From Chara braunii (taxonomy: Eukaryota > Plantae > Charophyceae), in assembly GCA_003427395.1 (NCBI GenBank), contig BFEA01000036.1, positions 1,156,299 to 1,208,427 on the forward strand: a stretch of 52,129 bases of DNA, given 5' to 3'. Each line of letters begins with the position of its first letter. Position 1 is the stretch's first letter. The notes under the pieces were generated by a model. It was not told where the DNA came from and searched no databases. It saw only the letters and a program-made list of their open reading frames with translations. Positions 49,370 to 52,129 of the stretch are shown one piece after another. A program made the position numbers and the translations under genes.

Positions 49370-49420
49370 GCTTAATTTCCTGCTTAATTTCCTGCTTAAT
49401 TTCCTGCTTAATTTCCTGCT
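49370..49420. repeat. 12 bp tandem repeat (GCTTAATTTCCT)x4
   Basis: Seen directly. Confidence 0.9.
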
Positions 49421-49717
49421 AAGAACGTGACCAAGTTTATGCTATAAATACATCCCTTCCAGAAGTCGTCATATGCTGCACGTAGTTGCTCTAGAATAAC
49501 CACGGTTATCTCAGAAGTCAGGATGAGCCTTATTAGGAAACAGCAAAGTCCTATTGATACGTAATCCATCCATAACCTTCCATTTTAGGCCTTCCCGACC
49601 AGGTGCATTTGGGCGAGTCCATACATTTTGAATGTATTCGGTCTAGGAAGCGTCCGAATGCTTATATAGTGTTATGTAGTGGAGCGAGGCCCATAAAGTA
49701 TTATTCTTATTTTTATC

Positions 49718-49766
<49 letters not shown>

Positions 49767-49795
49767 TCATTATTATTATTATTATTATTATTATT
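49718..49795. repeat. (TTA)n microsatellite
   Basis: Seen directly. Confidence 0.95.
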
Positions 49796-50555
49796 CCATG
49801 TATTTGTTCTTGATATTATTTTTTCGGCTGACTCTTTCGCTGGCCCTGGCTTCCACTGTGCAAGTGTCGTTTCCGTTTTAGGTGAAGGAAAAGTTAGGTG
49901 TGTGTGTGTCAAGCAGTTCTGGCTCAGGGCTCAATCATTCAGACGTGGGGAAAAGGCTGCGCCCTACGGAAGGGAGCCAGAAAGAAAGTAAAAAACGAGA
50001 GCGAAGAAAATAAGTTGGAAGAGGAAAAAGTGGGAACCAAAAAAAAAAAAAAGAAGATCAACAAAGAAGCTAAGTTAAAAGAGGACAAAGAGGAAAGAAT
50101 TAAAAACAAGAAGAAATGAGAGCAAAGAAACTAAAACAAGAAGAAATGAGAGCAAAGAAACTAAGTTAAACCACCAGTACTTGGCCCAGCTATGGGCCGC
50201 GGAAAAAAAAAAAAAACAGAGTAGAAACGTTTCTAGTCGGATGAATTTGGGAGCTCCTGTAGTGGCCCGTACATTTCCTAAAATAATCGTGGCTTTTGTT
50301 AACGGGCATGACTGTAGGAAGTGGACTGGTGCTTTAAAAGAGGAAAAAGAGGGGGGGGGGAAGGGCAAAGAAGCTAAGTAAAAGAGGAAAAAGAGGAAAG
50401 AAGAAGAGGGGAGAAAAAAAAGGAATGGCGAAGAAGGAAAGGAAAGAAGGAAAGGAAAGAAGGAAAGGAATATTCCTTTGTCAAAAGAGGGTGCCATTGT
50501 TTCTTTGGCCTTGTCAATATTCTTTCTTTGTCTCTTTGTCCGGTCATTTTTGGCA

Positions 50556-51125
50556 TGTCCGCTCTTAGGCAGGAGTTGTGCGACAACGTATACGGTTACG
50601 TTGTTGCACAACGGCAGTTGTAGTGTCAGTTATGCTGTCGGATAACGGCAGTTAAAGTGTGTCGCATAATTATTATTATGTCCGCTCTTAGGCAGGAGTT
50701 GTGCGACAACGTATACGGTTACGTTGTTGCACAACGGCAGTTGTAGTGTCAGTATGCTGTCGGATAACGGCAGTTAAAGTGTGTCGCATAATTATTATTA
50801 TTACTGGAGTTGTGTGACAACGTAACTGTATGGTGAGACAACGGATAGAGTGACGTTGTCACACAACTGCAGTTGTATTGTCAGTTATGCTGTCAGATAA
50901 CGGAAGTTATAGTGCACACAACTGTAGTAGTATTGTAAAACAACCACAGCAACGGTGTCACACAACCACAGGTACGTTGGCACAGAAGCAAAAGGTCCGT
51001 TGTCACACAGGTATAGTTGTATTGTCACAGAGTTATGGACATGTTGTCACGCGGCTACAGTTGTAGTTGTCACACAGGTATAGTTGTATTTGCTACACTG
51101 GTGTAGTTGTGTTGTCACAGAACCG
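50556..51125. repeat. ~122 bp tandem duplication followed by GTTGTCACA/TGTGACAA subrepeats, possibly DNA-transposon subterminal repeats
   Basis: ATGTCCGCTCTTAGGCAGGAGTTGTGCGACAACG occurs at 50556 and 50678; internal palindrome GTTGTGCGACAACGTA..TACGTTGTTGCACAAC. Confidence 0.75.
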
Positions 51126-52129
51126 CATGCCTGTCTGGCAAAAAAAAGAAAAGAAAAAAAGAAGGAACAAATTGCTGAAGAAAAGAAAAAAGAAAACAAG
51201 AAAAAAAAAATGTTGAACTTTGTTGTGACAGTGGCAATTGGTTTATATGTGGGATGTGTGATTTGCTGTGTTTGACTGATAGGCCTTCCTCTTCCCTTGT
51301 CCTTTCCTTGTGACACACGGGGATGGGGGCAGCTGGCGCTCAACCTGTCATCCACGTGGCTGACCTTGTACGTCAGAGGTGATGAACAGCCGGGGCTTTC
51401 CTTCCTTCCTTGCTTCTTTCCTTTTTTTTGTTTTGTCTTTCTCCGCCTTTGCGGTCCGATTCACATGGCCTGTGACGGAGGGGGAGGTGCTTGCATGTTG
51501 TTGGACTTGTCATCTAGGATCTGTTTATGTTTGTTTCCCTCTGTTTTATTACATTTGGCTGTTCCCTTCCTTTTGCTTTGCCTCTTTGCCTTTTGGCTGT
51601 GTGCAAGTGGGTCGATATGACACACGGGGGTGGGGCCAGCCGCCGCTCATCCTACATGCACGTGGCGGCCTTGTACGCAAGAGGTTTTGAACAGGGGGAG
51701 TTTAAAGTAAGAAGATAAGAAATTAATTGATTTTCTCTTGTTTTCTCTTGTTTTTTTGAAACTTTTTTTTGCTTCTGTCCTCTGATATCTTTGTGACAAT
51801 ATATATCTGCATTGTCATTTTTTAAGAAAATTTTAGCTAGTAGTTATTAGTACACACTTATATGAGAATGTATGTTGTCGGATAGTTGTTACAAATACAT
51901 TCACATGCACATGACAAATGTATATTGTCGCACAGGTATAGTTGTATTTGTCGCGCTGGTGTAGTTGTGTTGTCACACAGCCGCACGCCTCGGTATATAA
52001 TATATATATATCGTTGGAAAAACGAAACCATACAGTAGGTCCGTAAAACGCAATACCCCAACAATGGGGAAAAGCAAACCAAAGAAGGAGGATAGAAAGG
52101 AGAATTAGAAAGAGTATATATATATATAT

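Larger units (their letters stand above)
47073..51800 (+). repeat. Three dispersed copies of a ~75-190 bp GC-rich motif (47073-47260, 51310-51386, 51616-51800)
   Basis: TGACACACGGGG.TGGGG.CAGC...CACGTGG...CCTTGTACG...AGAGGT..TGAACAG in all three copies. Confidence 0.85.
45330..52129 (+). other. Putative first intron (>6.8 kb, repeat filled, runs off the window)
   Basis: GTGAGT donor; no exon encoding the expected FD..G.VTGFG.PDW continuation was found. Confidence 0.6.

Noticed and set aside
48147-49430. Repetitive-peptide ORFs
   Set aside because: Open in several frames on both strands because of the minisatellite.

Overview
Repeat-dense eukaryotic nuclear DNA. The microsatellites, giant intron, TOC64-like exon and iMet-primed chromovirus suggest a plant-lineage genome, possibly a Chara-like streptophyte alga; this assignment is inference. 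From left to right: (1) a ~12.9 kb decayed minus-strand Helitron (~1783-14650) whose RepHel ORF is fused to a Ulp1/C48 protease, plus four co-oriented unknown accessory genes, two of them paralogues flanking RepHel; (2) simple repeats and an assembly gap; (3) a Ty3/gypsy chromovirus with both LTRs, PBS and a GTACC target-site duplication (25416-31775) but lacking gag, protease and half of RT, nested in a tandem-repeat retroposon-like host; (4) three tandem tRNA-like cassettes abutting the 3' end of an L1/Tx1-type LINE, with a second LINE oriented head-to-head; (5) a structurally complete type I hammerhead ribozyme motif with palindromic stem III (42591-42668) inside a short acidic/Cys-rich ORF; (6) MITEs; and (7) exon 1 of a TOC64/OM64-like amidase-family gene (45103-45329) followed by a >6.8 kb repeat-filled intron. 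All calls come from motif recognition by eye; no searches were run.
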